Positions 11,901 through 20,600 of a stretch of 64,000 bases of DNA are shown here, piece by piece. The translations under genes were made by a program, and so were the position numbers. Each line of letters opens with the position of its first letter. Position 1 is the stretch's first letter. The notes beneath the pieces are model-generated. The model ran no database searches. It was not told where the DNA came from and saw only the letters and a program-made list of their open reading frames with translations. Where the stretch lies: positions 34,876-98,875 of the forward strand of contig JANQRR010000021.1 of the NCBI GenBank assembly GCA_028284465.1. The letters are read 5' to 3'. The stretch comes from Gammaproteobacteria bacterium. GTDB lineage: Bacteria; Pseudomonadota; Gammaproteobacteria; JAJFKO01.

Positions 11901-12029
11901 GACGCATTTTTTGTGAGTATGGCAGTGGTGATCATGTTTGGTTTAGCCTTCGCAACGGTATTAACTTTAATTGTTGTGCCAGTGTTATATGCTATATTCT
12001 TTAAAATACCTTATCGAGTATTGGCATGA
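8985..12029 (+). CDS. RND family efflux permease (AcrB/HAE1-like)
   Basis: About 1015 aa with 12 TM segments and two large periplasmic loops, AcrB-like throughout. Start chosen at MNIAQYS, 10 nt after the MFP stop. Confidence 0.9.
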   Translation: MNIAQYSIKHKVITWMLVIILIGGGIFAFEYLGRLEDPEFTIKEAMIFTSYSGATAQEVETEVTEHIERAVQQLPQLKRVTSISKPGMSEVTAVIKDKYTKKDLPQIWDELRRKITDVQSKLPPGAGPSTVYDDYGEVFGMYFALTGEGFSYKELKDYADIIKRELLLVKGVGKVELSANRQQAVFVEISDARLSQLGISPDSIAKTLKSQNFVTYSGEVKVGDEYILINPTGTFSDVKQIGNILVSGSESKRLVHLDDVAKIVRGYIEVPEHLMRFNNQPAIGIGISIVSGGNVVKIGEDIAEKVKSLQGILPVGLKLNPVYLQPIVVNEAINGFLISLLEALAIVVVVLLLFMGLRVGILIGAILLLTVLGTFIFMYIFGIDLQRISLGALIIALGMLVDNAIVVTEGILVRIQKGEDGTQASSKVVKQTMWPLFGATAVGILAFAAIGLSPDSTGEYTRSLFQVILISLMLSWFLAITVSPMLCVLFIKPKPGKLVADPYQGWFYRIYRRFLLMCIRARWLTITAMLGLLALSIFGFGFVKQSFFPNSTTPVFLLDYWRAQGTDIRETEQDTKKLVKYVMTLKDVESVTSEIGQGAQRFMLVYTPEKPNSSYSQLVIRVKDYRDIDHVEKKIAQYLKENFPNSEPKFKRIRLGPGKDAKIEARFSGSNPTILRKLSNEAQAIMHQNPNAINIRDDWRQQVKVLQPIYSEAQARVTGITRPDLAQSLAKAFTGIQVGLYREGDTLLPIIMRPPENERLNVGTIYNLQIWSPNLKKFVPIGQVVSGFKTTWSNDRIARRNRRRTVTASTDPKTGPASELLKQLRPKIEALKLPTGYKLEWGGEYEDSYDAQVALYKQLPVGILAMIIIVVLLFSKVRQPLIIWLCVPLAFIGVTAGLLITNNEFGFMALLGFLSLIGMLIKNAIVLIDQIDLEIDTGKDPFQAIIDSAVSRVRPVSLAAITTVLGMIPLLFDAFFVSMAVVIMFGLAFATVLTLIVVPVLYAIFFKIPYRVLA

Positions 12030-13699
12030 GTCAATTAACGGGTACAGTAGTAAGCATTGATCCGAAAACTCAGTTTGCTGGTGTCATTTATATTAAAGTT
12101 AAATCAAACAAAGGCACCGATGAATATTATATTTCTAAAGTGGCGTTAAAAAAACAAAAGCTTGCAATTTTACAACGCACGCAATCGCAAGCAGGTCGAG
12201 CTTATTATCTTGATAATTCTACTATTGAAAAACTTGCAAAACATGCGCTTAATACCGAAATAAATAGTAAAAAAGCAGTCAGCATTACTTTTGAAAAAGC
12301 ATTAAAAAAATCCACAATAGTTTTTATAGAGACCAAACCATTATTGAAACATAAGCTTAAGCCACAGGCATTATTTGAAGTTCATACCTTAAAAAAGCCC
12401 GGAAAAATTATCACCCAAGGGATCGGCATTGGTAATAAAATAGCTCAAGGCAAGGTGCGAGTGATCACTGACCAACGGCAACTAACGTCGTTAAAAAAAC
12501 ATGAGATATTAGTAACATCAATGATTGAGCCACATTCACAAGCTATCATCAAACGTGCTGCAGCCATTGTGATGGAGCAAGGTGGTCGCACTTGTCATGC
12601 GGCTATCACGGCTCGCGAGTTGGGAATTCCAATGATAATAGGATGTTGTGATGCAAGCAAAATTTTAAAAACCGGTACCAATGTTACGGTAACATGTGAA
12701 CACAATCGAACGGGTTATGTTTATTCAGGCTTAGTTCCTTATGAGATTAAACACCTAGAACTTGCGAAGTTTAAGTCAATGCCTTATCCGTTGAGGATTA
12801 ATCTAGGTGATCCGCATAAAGCATTTGCTTACCAAGCAATTCCCAATGAAGGTGTTGGTTTAGCCCGACTCGAATTTATTATCGGTAATACCATTGGTAT
12901 TCATCCGCAAGCATTGTTAAATTACGCTAAGTTACCAAAAAGAGTGCAAACAAAAATTGCAAAAAGAACTGCGGCGTATGTTTCTCCCAGCGAATTTTAT
13001 ATTGAAAAATTACGTGAAGGTATTGCAACTATTGCTGCAGCATTTCATCCTAAGCCAGTTATTTTTAGATTTTCAGATTTTATTTCTAATGAATATCGCA
13101 ATTTATTGGGTGGTGAGTTGTATGAGCCGACAGAAAATAATCCTATGCTAGGTTTTCGTGGTGCTTCGCGATATTTGAATCCAGCGTTTCAGCCAGCTTT
13201 TGCGTTAGAGTGTGAAGCTTTTAAACGTGTGCGTAATGATATGGGTTTCACGAATGTAAAATTAATGGTGCCTTTTGTGCGTACTCTTGCCCAAGCTCAA
13301 GCAGTTATTAAATTGCTTACAAGTTATGGTTTGAAATACACTAAAAGATCAGATTTACAAATTTATATGAATTGTGAAGTACCATCAAACGCTATTCTTG
13401 CCGAAGAATTTTTGCAATACTTTGCTGGTTTTTCCATTGGCACTAATGATTTGACACAAATGACACTAGGTTTAGATCGTGATTCTAGTTTAATTGCAGA
13501 TTTGTTTGATGAACAAAATGCGGCAATTAAACTCTTGCTGCAAAAAATTATTAAAGCCTGTAAACAACAACATAAGTTTGTTAGCATCTGCGGACAAGCA
13601 CCCTCAGATCATATTGAATTTGCAAAATGGCTGATAGCACAAGGCATCGATAATATTTCGCTAAGCCCAGATGCAATCATTGATTGGCTATTTCATTAA
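12026..13699 (+). CDS. PEP-utilizing enzyme; PEP synthase (PpsA) C-terminal two-thirds homolog lacking the N-terminal ATP-binding domain
   Basis: Phosphohistidine motif GGRTCHAAITARELGIPMIIGC and C-terminal PEP/pyruvate-domain motifs (NEGVGLARLEFII, SIGTNDLTQMTLGLDRDS) match PpsA. Only about 120 aa of unrelated K-rich sequence precede them. The start overlaps the RND stop (ATGA). Confidence 0.75.
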   Translation: MSQLTGTVVSIDPKTQFAGVIYIKVKSNKGTDEYYISKVALKKQKLAILQRTQSQAGRAYYLDNSTIEKLAKHALNTEINSKKAVSITFEKALKKSTIVFIETKPLLKHKLKPQALFEVHTLKKPGKIITQGIGIGNKIAQGKVRVITDQRQLTSLKKHEILVTSMIEPHSQAIIKRAAAIVMEQGGRTCHAAITARELGIPMIIGCCDASKILKTGTNVTVTCEHNRTGYVYSGLVPYEIKHLELAKFKSMPYPLRINLGDPHKAFAYQAIPNEGVGLARLEFIIGNTIGIHPQALLNYAKLPKRVQTKIAKRTAAYVSPSEFYIEKLREGIATIAAAFHPKPVIFRFSDFISNEYRNLLGGELYEPTENNPMLGFRGASRYLNPAFQPAFALECEAFKRVRNDMGFTNVKLMVPFVRTLAQAQAVIKLLTSYGLKYTKRSDLQIYMNCEVPSNAILAEEFLQYFAGFSIGTNDLTQMTLGLDRDSSLIADLFDEQNAAIKLLLQKIIKACKQQHKFVSICGQAPSDHIEFAKWLIAQGIDNISLSPDAIIDWLFH

Positions 13700-13977
13700 A
13701 TATCGCCGTGTTTAGTTGGCGAACCCTTAGTGGTGTTCGGTGTCACTCCTAAGTCACGCATTGCTTTAAGAATATGATCAAGCAAGTCATAACGGTCATC
13801 AGTACATGGCATGTTTTCTTCATCAGCAACTTGCATATCAAGAGCATCGTGCTTCCAACTTTTTAAAATTTCAATCTTTTGATCACGTTTTAATTCTTTG
13901 CACGTCAGGACGTCATCTGGAGTTTTGAAAAAATGGCTAGGTTCAAGCTTGGCTTTTTCAATGTTGATTGTTCCCAT
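13696..13977 (-). CDS. hypothetical small acidic protein (93 aa)
   Basis: The ATG at 13977 is preceded by TAAGGAG at proper spacing, contributed by the end of repeat element B. No homolog recognised. Confidence 0.4.
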   Translation of the reverse strand: MGTINIEKAKLEPSHFFKTPDDVLTCKELKRDQKIEILKSWKHDALDMQVADEENMPCTDDRYDLLDHILKAMRDLGVTPNTTKGSPTKHGDI

Positions 13978-13989
13978 TACCTTTACTCC

Positions 13990-14143
13990 TTAATAACTTC
14001 GTCTTTTGGCTCAGAGCGTATTTATCGTCATTGCGAGGAACTTTGTTCCGAAGCAATCCAGAAACTGCAGTGGATTTCACGCTCAAGCCACGCAATAATA
14101 TCTCTGGATTGCTTCATCCCCTTCGGGTCCTCGCAATGACAAT
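13990..14143. repeat. palindromic intergenic repeat element, full copy B (unit, 40-nt core, inverted unit, plus terminal flank)
   Basis: Units are cgtcattgcgaggaactttgttccgaagcaatccaga and tctggattgcttcatccccttcgggtcctcgcaatgac. The core aactgcagtggatttcacgctcaagccacgcaataatatc is near-identical to the reverse-complement cores of copies F and G. The left flank is the reverse complement of the F/G right flank. Confidence 0.85.
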
Positions 14144-14262
14144 ATCCTTCATGGCGTCTCAATTAGGGTCTTTTTACAATTATAGCTTGAAAAATTGATA
14201 TGGTTATTAACACATAAAATATATTTATTTTTCATGGAGATAGAGAAGATAAGCTTGAAGGT

Positions 14263-14676
14263 TTAATCCCAAGGATTAATAATTTCAAGCAGTGGGTATT
14301 TAAAATCAGAAACGTTTCTGGTAGCCAGTGTTAAATCATGCCGCAATGCAGTTGCGGCGATCAAACTATCAATCGCTGAAACAGGTCGTTTAGCTTCTGC
14401 TTGTAATTTTCCCCAACAATCCACGACATCTTTATCGATAACCAGTATTCTATTATTAAACCAAGTAATTAATTCTTGCTCTAACCAAATTTTTAACTTT
14501 TCTTTGCGACGTGTGTTATCAGTTATTTTTTCTATCCCTTTACGAATTTCTCCTAACGTTAACACACTTAAATATAAATCTTCATCTGAAATTGTTTCCA
14601 TCCAGGCAATAACTTTTTTGTTAGGCTTAGATTTAACTATTTCTGAGATAACGTTGGTGTTAATTAAGTAACTCAT
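14263..14676 (-). CDS. vapC: type II toxin VapC (PIN-domain ribonuclease)
   Basis: The N-terminus MSYLINTNVISE is a PIN-domain signature with conserved acidic residues. It overlaps the upstream antitoxin by ATGA. Confidence 0.85.
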   Translation of the reverse strand: MSYLINTNVISEIVKSKPNKKVIAWMETISDEDLYLSVLTLGEIRKGIEKITDNTRRKEKLKIWLEQELITWFNNRILVIDKDVVDCWGKLQAEAKRPVSAIDSLIAATALRHDLTLATRNVSDFKYPLLEIINPWD

Positions 14677-14924
14677 AAATCGATATTCCGGCAGGTGGTT
14701 TTATTACGTTTTAAATCTAAATTTAAGCCAACCAAGGGTGATTTACGTAACATTTTTACTAATGAAATATGAGGCTTCTTAACAAGTTTATTGTAGTCTC
14801 TTCGTGAAATTACCACGGCAGTGGGTTCTCCACGAACAGTGATATCTTGAGGCCCTTGAGTAACAGCCAGCTTTATAACTTTGCTAAATTCCGCCTTTGC
14901 GTTCTGTAGTTGCCAGGTGTGCAT
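14673..14924 (-). CDS. vapB: type II antitoxin (Phd/YefM-type VapB)
   Basis: MHTWQLQNAKAEFSKVI...PTAVVISRRDY is a typical Phd/YefM antitoxin N-terminus. I place the start at the ATG at 14922-14924 with a GGAGG SD 6 nt upstream. The track ORF begins at an upstream TTG. Confidence 0.75.
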   Translation of the reverse strand: MHTWQLQNAKAEFSKVIKLAVTQGPQDITVRGEPTAVVISRRDYNKLVKKPHISLVKMLRKSPLVGLNLDLKRNKTTCRNIDL

Positions 14925-14938
14925 TTGATCCTCCAATA

Positions 14939-14959
14939 CTGACTAGTTATACTAGTCAG
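14939..14959. promoter_or_regulatory. perfect inverted repeat CTGACTAGT-TAT-ACTAGTCAG in the vapBC promoter region (putative antitoxin operator)
   Basis: A 9-bp perfect IR lies 15-35 nt upstream of the vapB start. Autoregulated type II TA promoters typically carry such palindromes. Confidence 0.4.
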
Positions 14960-15021
14960 AAGTATAGTGCGAATTTGATAGTTTGGCAATATTTTTCATA
15001 CTAGCTTGAAATCAAATTGAC

Positions 15022-15771
15022 TCAAACGCCTGTCACTTCATTCCAAATATCAACCTGTAATCTCGAGGTGTAATTCATTAAATGTTGTTTACAGGCTTCG
15101 ATTAACCAAGTCGATTTGGCTAGAATAGCTTCGCGGGTGCCACCTTCGGGCATTAGCCAAACTTTATTGCGAGGAATATTAAAAGGCTGGCAATAACGTG
15201 CAATAATTTCTTCGATATCGCCAGGCGATTGGATCACAAATTTAAATGCAGCAGATGGTAATGCAGCAAAGCTTTGCAAAATATCAGGATGATAAGCTTT
15301 TGGATCAGGCTCGCCACTGCTACGCAATTTTGGGCTTACATTAAATTGATTAACACGAATTTGTAATTCAGGTATTGGCAGTTTAGTGGCATTGGTTTCA
15401 ATTTCAATAAAGGGGGCTGGTGAAATACATTCATCAAGTTGTTTGATAAATTCAACGATTTTAGTTTGTTGCAATAATGGTTCGCCACCAGTGATCACCA
15501 AATGTGCGCCACACGCCAGTTTATCGAGCCAGCCGTGTTGCTGCCAATTGCCAATAATGTCGGCAAAAGTGAATTTATGGCCTTTGCTCCAAACTAACTT
15601 GCTATCGCAGCCAAGGTGTTCGCCAGTCGTTGGGTCTTTATAAGAAAACCCTGAGCATTGTAGATTACAGCCACTCAAGCGTAGAAAAACTGCTGGTTGA
15701 CCAGCGCACGGCCCTTCGCCTTGAATACTATAGAAAGTTTCGCTGGTATATAAATGGTTTTTAGTGTTCAT
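15022..15771 (-). CDS. queE: 7-carboxy-7-deazaguanine synthase (radical SAM), atypical Cys spacing
   Basis: ETFYSIQGEG and the overall QueE fold are present. The cluster cysteines are spaced C-x3-C-x15-C (GCNLQCSGF...HLGCDS) rather than CxxxCxxC. Confidence 0.8.
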   Translation of the reverse strand: MNTKNHLYTSETFYSIQGEGPCAGQPAVFLRLSGCNLQCSGFSYKDPTTGEHLGCDSKLVWSKGHKFTFADIIGNWQQHGWLDKLACGAHLVITGGEPLLQQTKIVEFIKQLDECISPAPFIEIETNATKLPIPELQIRVNQFNVSPKLRSSGEPDPKAYHPDILQSFAALPSAAFKFVIQSPGDIEEIIARYCQPFNIPRNKVWLMPEGGTREAILAKSTWLIEACKQHLMNYTSRLQVDIWNEVTGV

Positions 15772-15870
15772 AAGTTGAAGTTAATACTGGCAAATAACGA
15801 TAAAAAATATTACAATTCACAGTAACTTTGAGCATGATTTTACCTGAAAACTTACCTGTAAACCAATAGA

Positions 15871-16635
15871 ATGAGTATGTTTATAGTTATAGGCAATTAC
15901 GGTGATGAGACTATCGCTGTGATGCAATGGATAAAGCAACAAGGCTTAGCGCCAGTTACAGTGGTTTCGATCGATACCGGCTGGGCAGCACCCTGTTGGC
16001 AAACGCGAGTTGCGGCAGGCGAAGCATTTGCAAAGCGCTGTGGCTTCACCCCGGTGCGTTTACAAGCAAAATTAAATTTTGCTGATCTGGTGCGCGAACG
16101 CCAGCATTTCCCAAACCAAAAATATCAATGGTGCCCAGGCTTTTTAAAAGGCCTGCCGTTACTACAGTGGCTTGATGATGTTGATCCAAGTTGCGAAGCA
16201 ACGATTGTTTTAAGTAAGCGCCGGGCCGCATCGCGTGCGCAAGCCAATTTGCCAGAATATATTGCTGAAAGTGAGCATCATGGGCAGCGTCGCGTTTGGC
16301 ACCCATTATATGACATTGATAATGCTGCGCGAGATGCGCTAGTAACAGCAGCAAAATTTCCATTGTTGCATCATCGTAGCTTAGAGTGTGATCCATGTAT
16401 ACACAATAGTGATGCTGATTTTTTACGAATGGAGCCTCACAGTATCGCTAAAATTAAATCTCTAGAGACAGAAGTAGGTGAGCCAATGTTTGTACCAGCG
16501 AATTACGCTGGTGCTAAAGGCATTGTTGCAGTGATTGAGTATATCAAACAACGTCAAACTAAATTAAATTCAAGTGATAATTATCAAGAATTATTTGATA
16601 AGGGTTGTGGTTCGCCCTTTGGTTGTGGACAATAG
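15871..16635 (+). CDS. PAPS reductase / PP-loop ATP-pyrophosphatase superfamily protein with degenerate P-loop
   Basis: The N-terminus VIGNYGDETIAV stands where the family has SGGxDST. WCPGFLKGLPL resembles the family CC..K..PL motif. It is divergent from queE. Confidence 0.45.
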   Translation: MSMFIVIGNYGDETIAVMQWIKQQGLAPVTVVSIDTGWAAPCWQTRVAAGEAFAKRCGFTPVRLQAKLNFADLVRERQHFPNQKYQWCPGFLKGLPLLQWLDDVDPSCEATIVLSKRRAASRAQANLPEYIAESEHHGQRRVWHPLYDIDNAARDALVTAAKFPLLHHRSLECDPCIHNSDADFLRMEPHSIAKIKSLETEVGEPMFVPANYAGAKGIVAVIEYIKQRQTKLNSSDNYQELFDKGCGSPFGCGQ

Positions 16636-16668
16636 TATTTAATCAAGTGAAGCTAGTGGAGAAGGTTA

Positions 16669-16992
16669 ATGGCATATATAGTGACGGAGCAGTGTATTAA
16701 ATGCAAATATACTGATTGTGTCGAAGTTTGCCCGGTGGATTGCTTTCATGAAGGCCCGAATATGTTAGTAATCGATCCGGATGAATGTATTGATTGTGCG
16801 CTATGTGAACCAGAATGCCCAGTTGATGCAATCGTTGCTGAAGATGAATTACCTGCCGATGCCAAGCAATTTCTAACCCTAAATGCTGAGCTCGCACAAA
16901 AATGGCCAGTGATCAGTGTTGCCAAGGATGCACCAGCAGATGCAGATGATTGGAAAGGAGTCGCCAATAAATTGCAGCACTTAGAGAAATGA
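16669..16992 (+). CDS. fdxA: 7Fe ferredoxin (FdxA type)
   Basis: [18 protein letters not shown]...[12 protein letters not shown] is near-identical to the Azotobacter-type FdxA cysteine pattern. Confidence 0.92.
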   Translation: MAYIVTEQCIKCKYTDCVEVCPVDCFHEGPNMLVIDPDECIDCALCEPECPVDAIVAEDELPADAKQFLTLNAELAQKWPVISVAKDAPADADDWKGVANKLQHLEK

Positions 16993-17648
16993 ATATATTA
17001 GCGATAGAAACTTCAAGCCCGCAATGCTCGGTAGCATTGTTACATGATGCAGCCATTATTGAATTAAATGATATCACGCCGCGAACACATGCTCAGCAAA
17101 TTTTGCCAATGATCCAACAATTATTAACTCAAGCCGATCTTAAATTGAACCAACTCGATGCACTAGCATATGGTAAAGGCCCTGGTAGCTTTACAGGTTT
17201 ACGGATCGGAGCTGGTGTAATCCAAGGTATTGCATTGGGTTCAGACATTCCTGTCATCCCTATTTCTTCATTACAATGTTTAGCACAAACAGGATATGCT
17301 AAACACCAACAATCGCGTATCATTAGTTGTATTGATGCACGTATGCAAGAAGTGTATTGGGGTATGTTTGAATTAGATCCAGTCACAGGATTAATGCAGC
17401 TAAATGGCGATGAAGCGGTGACGCCACCGGAAATGATCAATTTGCCAACAGCCGCATGGTATGGTGTCGGTAATGGTTGGCACTATCCGCAGCTAGGCGC
17501 ACGATTTGCAGCTGACAATTATGATCTAAATTGTTTACCAACAGCTCGAGCAATGCTGGCTTTAGCGAAAATTAAGTTAACCCTAGGTGAAACTACCACA
17601 GCAGAATTTTGTTATTCTACCTATATACGCGATAAAGTCGTTAGATAG
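16989..17648 (+). CDS. tsaB: tRNA threonylcarbamoyladenosine biosynthesis protein TsaB
   Basis: [10 protein letters not shown]...[11 protein letters not shown] is the TsaB/YeaZ signature. The start overlaps the fdxA stop (ATGA). Confidence 0.85.
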   Translation: MNILAIETSSPQCSVALLHDAAIIELNDITPRTHAQQILPMIQQLLTQADLKLNQLDALAYGKGPGSFTGLRIGAGVIQGIALGSDIPVIPISSLQCLAQTGYAKHQQSRIISCIDARMQEVYWGMFELDPVTGLMQLNGDEAVTPPEMINLPTAAWYGVGNGWHYPQLGARFAADNYDLNCLPTARAMLALAKIKLTLGETTTAEFCYSTYIRDKVVR

Positions 17649-17669
17649 GAAATAAATGGAGGAGGCTCT

Positions 17670-20600
17670 ATGAAACGAGCATCAGATGCCGAATGTCGAC
17701 AAGAAATCATCTCCAAATTAGTTGCGATTGCAGAAAAAAAACTTAGTAAGAAAAAAACAGCGTTATTTGCTGAATTTGTTAAGCAATATTACTCCCATGT
17801 GGCACTTGAAGATTTATATTCACGCAGCATCATCGATTTATATGGCGCAGTGATATCGCATTGGAATTTCATGTATGAACGCAAAAAACATGAAGTTAAA
17901 TTACGAATTTTCAATCCAACATTTGAAGAAGATGGTTGGGAGTCACGACATACTGTGATCCAATTGGTTCATGATGATATGCCATTTTTAGTTGACTCAG
18001 TTACCATGGAGTTAAATCGCCTGGGATATACAATTTATTTAATTATTCATGTTGGTGGCATAATTGTACATCGTAATAACAAACATCAGTTAAATAAAAT
18101 TTTTCCGGTAGATTATTCTAGCGACATCATTTCTGGCAAGATCAATACCGTTAGTTTAAAAGAAGAGGAAGAATTACAAAGTGGAATTGCAGAAGCACCA
18201 ATTTATATTGAAATTAATCGTGTTACCGATCCAGCAGTTATTACCAACATAGAGAAAAATATAATACGCATTTTAAAAGATGTTCGAGTTGCAATTGATG
18301 ATTGGGACAAAATGCGTGGTAAAGTTTATGAAATTGTTGATGAACTAGAAAGTTGTCGGCATGTATTGCCTAATATTTCTGAGCTAGATGAAACTAAAGA
18401 ATTTTTACGTTGGATGGTCAATGATCATTTTACTTTTCTCGGTTGTCGTGATTATAAATTAATTGGTCAAGACGAAGAAATGGCATTGAAAATAGTCCCC
18501 GGTTCAAGTGCAGGGGTTTTGCGTAATGAAAAGTCGAGTAAACAAATTCGTAAATTTAGCGAAATGCCGGAAATTATTCGTGATTTAGCATTATCTAATC
18601 AAATTTTAATTATCGCTAAATCTAATACTTTAGCAACAGTACATCGTCGAGTTTACACAGAATTAATTAGTATTAAACGCTTCGATAGTGAAGGCAATAC
18701 TATTGGTGAGCGTAGGTTTGTAGGTTTATTTACTTCAACAGCATACAGTAGTCGCCCTAAAGATATTCCGTTTATTCGCGATAAAGTGCGTCAAGTCATG
18801 TTGCGATCACATTTATCATTACGCGGTCATTCAGGTAAAGCACTATTACATATTTTAGAAACGTATCCGCGTGATGATTTATTTCAAGCAAGTGTGCAAG
18901 AAATTTATGATACTTGCATTGAGATCATGCATATGCAAGAGCGTCCACAGATCCGTTTGTTTGCTCGCAGAGACATTTATAATCGTTTCATGTCATGTAT
19001 GGTTTACGTGCCTAGAGAATTATACAACACAGAATTACGCCAACAAATGCAAGCAGTGTTAGCCGAAGCATTTCAAAGTGCAGAAGTCACGACGACCACA
19101 CAGTTTTCTGAATCTATTTTGGCTAGAATTCATTTTATGTTGCATCTCGATCAAACGAAAGTGATCGATTATGATTTAAAAGCTATTGAAAAACGTTTAA
19201 TTGAAATAGGGCGATCGTGGAAACATGATCTGCATGATAACTTATGTGAATATTATGGTGATGAACAAGGTAATCGTTTAGCAGCAAAATACTATGATGC
19301 ATTCCCTGTAGGTTATCGTGAAACATTTATTGCAGCTTTGGCTATCAATGATATTCGCCATTTAGAAAAATTATCAGAAGATAATACGCTAGAAATGAGC
19401 TTATATGTTCCCAGTGATTCACCACCAGAAACAGTACGCTTTAAACTATACCATGAAAATCTTACGATACCTTTATCAGATGTGTTACCCGTGCTGGAAA
19501 ATATGGGGATGCGCGTAATTGGTGAAGAACCTTATGAAATTCGCACCAAGGATAAGCGAGTTTATTGGATAAATGATTTTTACATGACGAGTGTTAAACA
19601 TGAAATTTTAGATATCTCTGTGATTAAAAGCGTTTTCCAAGAAGCATTTCGTAATATTTGGTTTGGTTGTGCTGAAAACGATGGGTTTAATTACTTAGTG
19701 ATTGGTGCTGAATTATCTTGGCGCGAAACCAGTTTGTTGCGTGCCTACGCAAAATATTTTCGTCAAATTGGTTTTACTTTCAGCCAATCATATATTGAAG
19801 AAACATTGATGTCGAATCCAAGTATTGCAGCGCAATTAGTTGATTTGTTTAATATGTACTTTGATCCACAGCAAATTGAAACTTCTGAAGCTAAAGTGAA
19901 GCAACTCGAAAAAAGTATTGAAGAATCTCTAGATTCAATTGCTAATTTAGATCAAGATAGGATCTTACGACGATTTTATGAAATTATTAAAGCAACAGTA
20001 CGTACTAATTTCTTTCAAATAGAAAAATCTGGGCGATATAAACCTTATATTTCATTTAAACTTGATTCGCGTAATATTCCTGAATTACCACTACCATTGC
20101 CGTTGTATGAAATTTTTGTCTATTCACCTAAATTTGAGGCGGTGCATTTGCGTAGTGCTAAAGTTGCTCGTGGTGGTATTCGTTGGTCAGACCGTCGAGA
20201 AGATTTTCGTACCGAAATACTTGGCTTGATGAAAGCACAACAAGTTAAAAATTCGGTAATTGTTCCGCAAGGTGCTAAAGGTGGTTTTGTTCCGAAGAAT
20301 TTGCCTATCGATGGTAATCGTGAAGAAATTTTAGCAGCGGTGATAGCGTGTTATCGTAATTTTATCAAAGGTATGTTAGATATTACTGATAACTTAAAAT
20401 CAGGCAAAGTGATCCCGCCTAAAAATGTCGTGCGTTATGATGAAGATGATCCTTATCTAGTTGTTGCTGCGGACAAAGGAACTGCAACCTTTTCTGATAT
20501 TGCAAATAGCATTGCCAAAGAATATGGTTTTTGGTTAGGTGATGCGTTTGCATCAGGAGGCTCTACTGGCTATGACCATAAAAAAATGGGGATCACTGCG

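Noticed and set aside
13933-14198. Two overlapping plus-strand ORFs (68 and 76 aa)
   Set aside because: They lie entirely inside palindromic repeat copy B. An open frame is expected from a stop-poor repeat, and equivalent frames appear wherever the repeat occurs.
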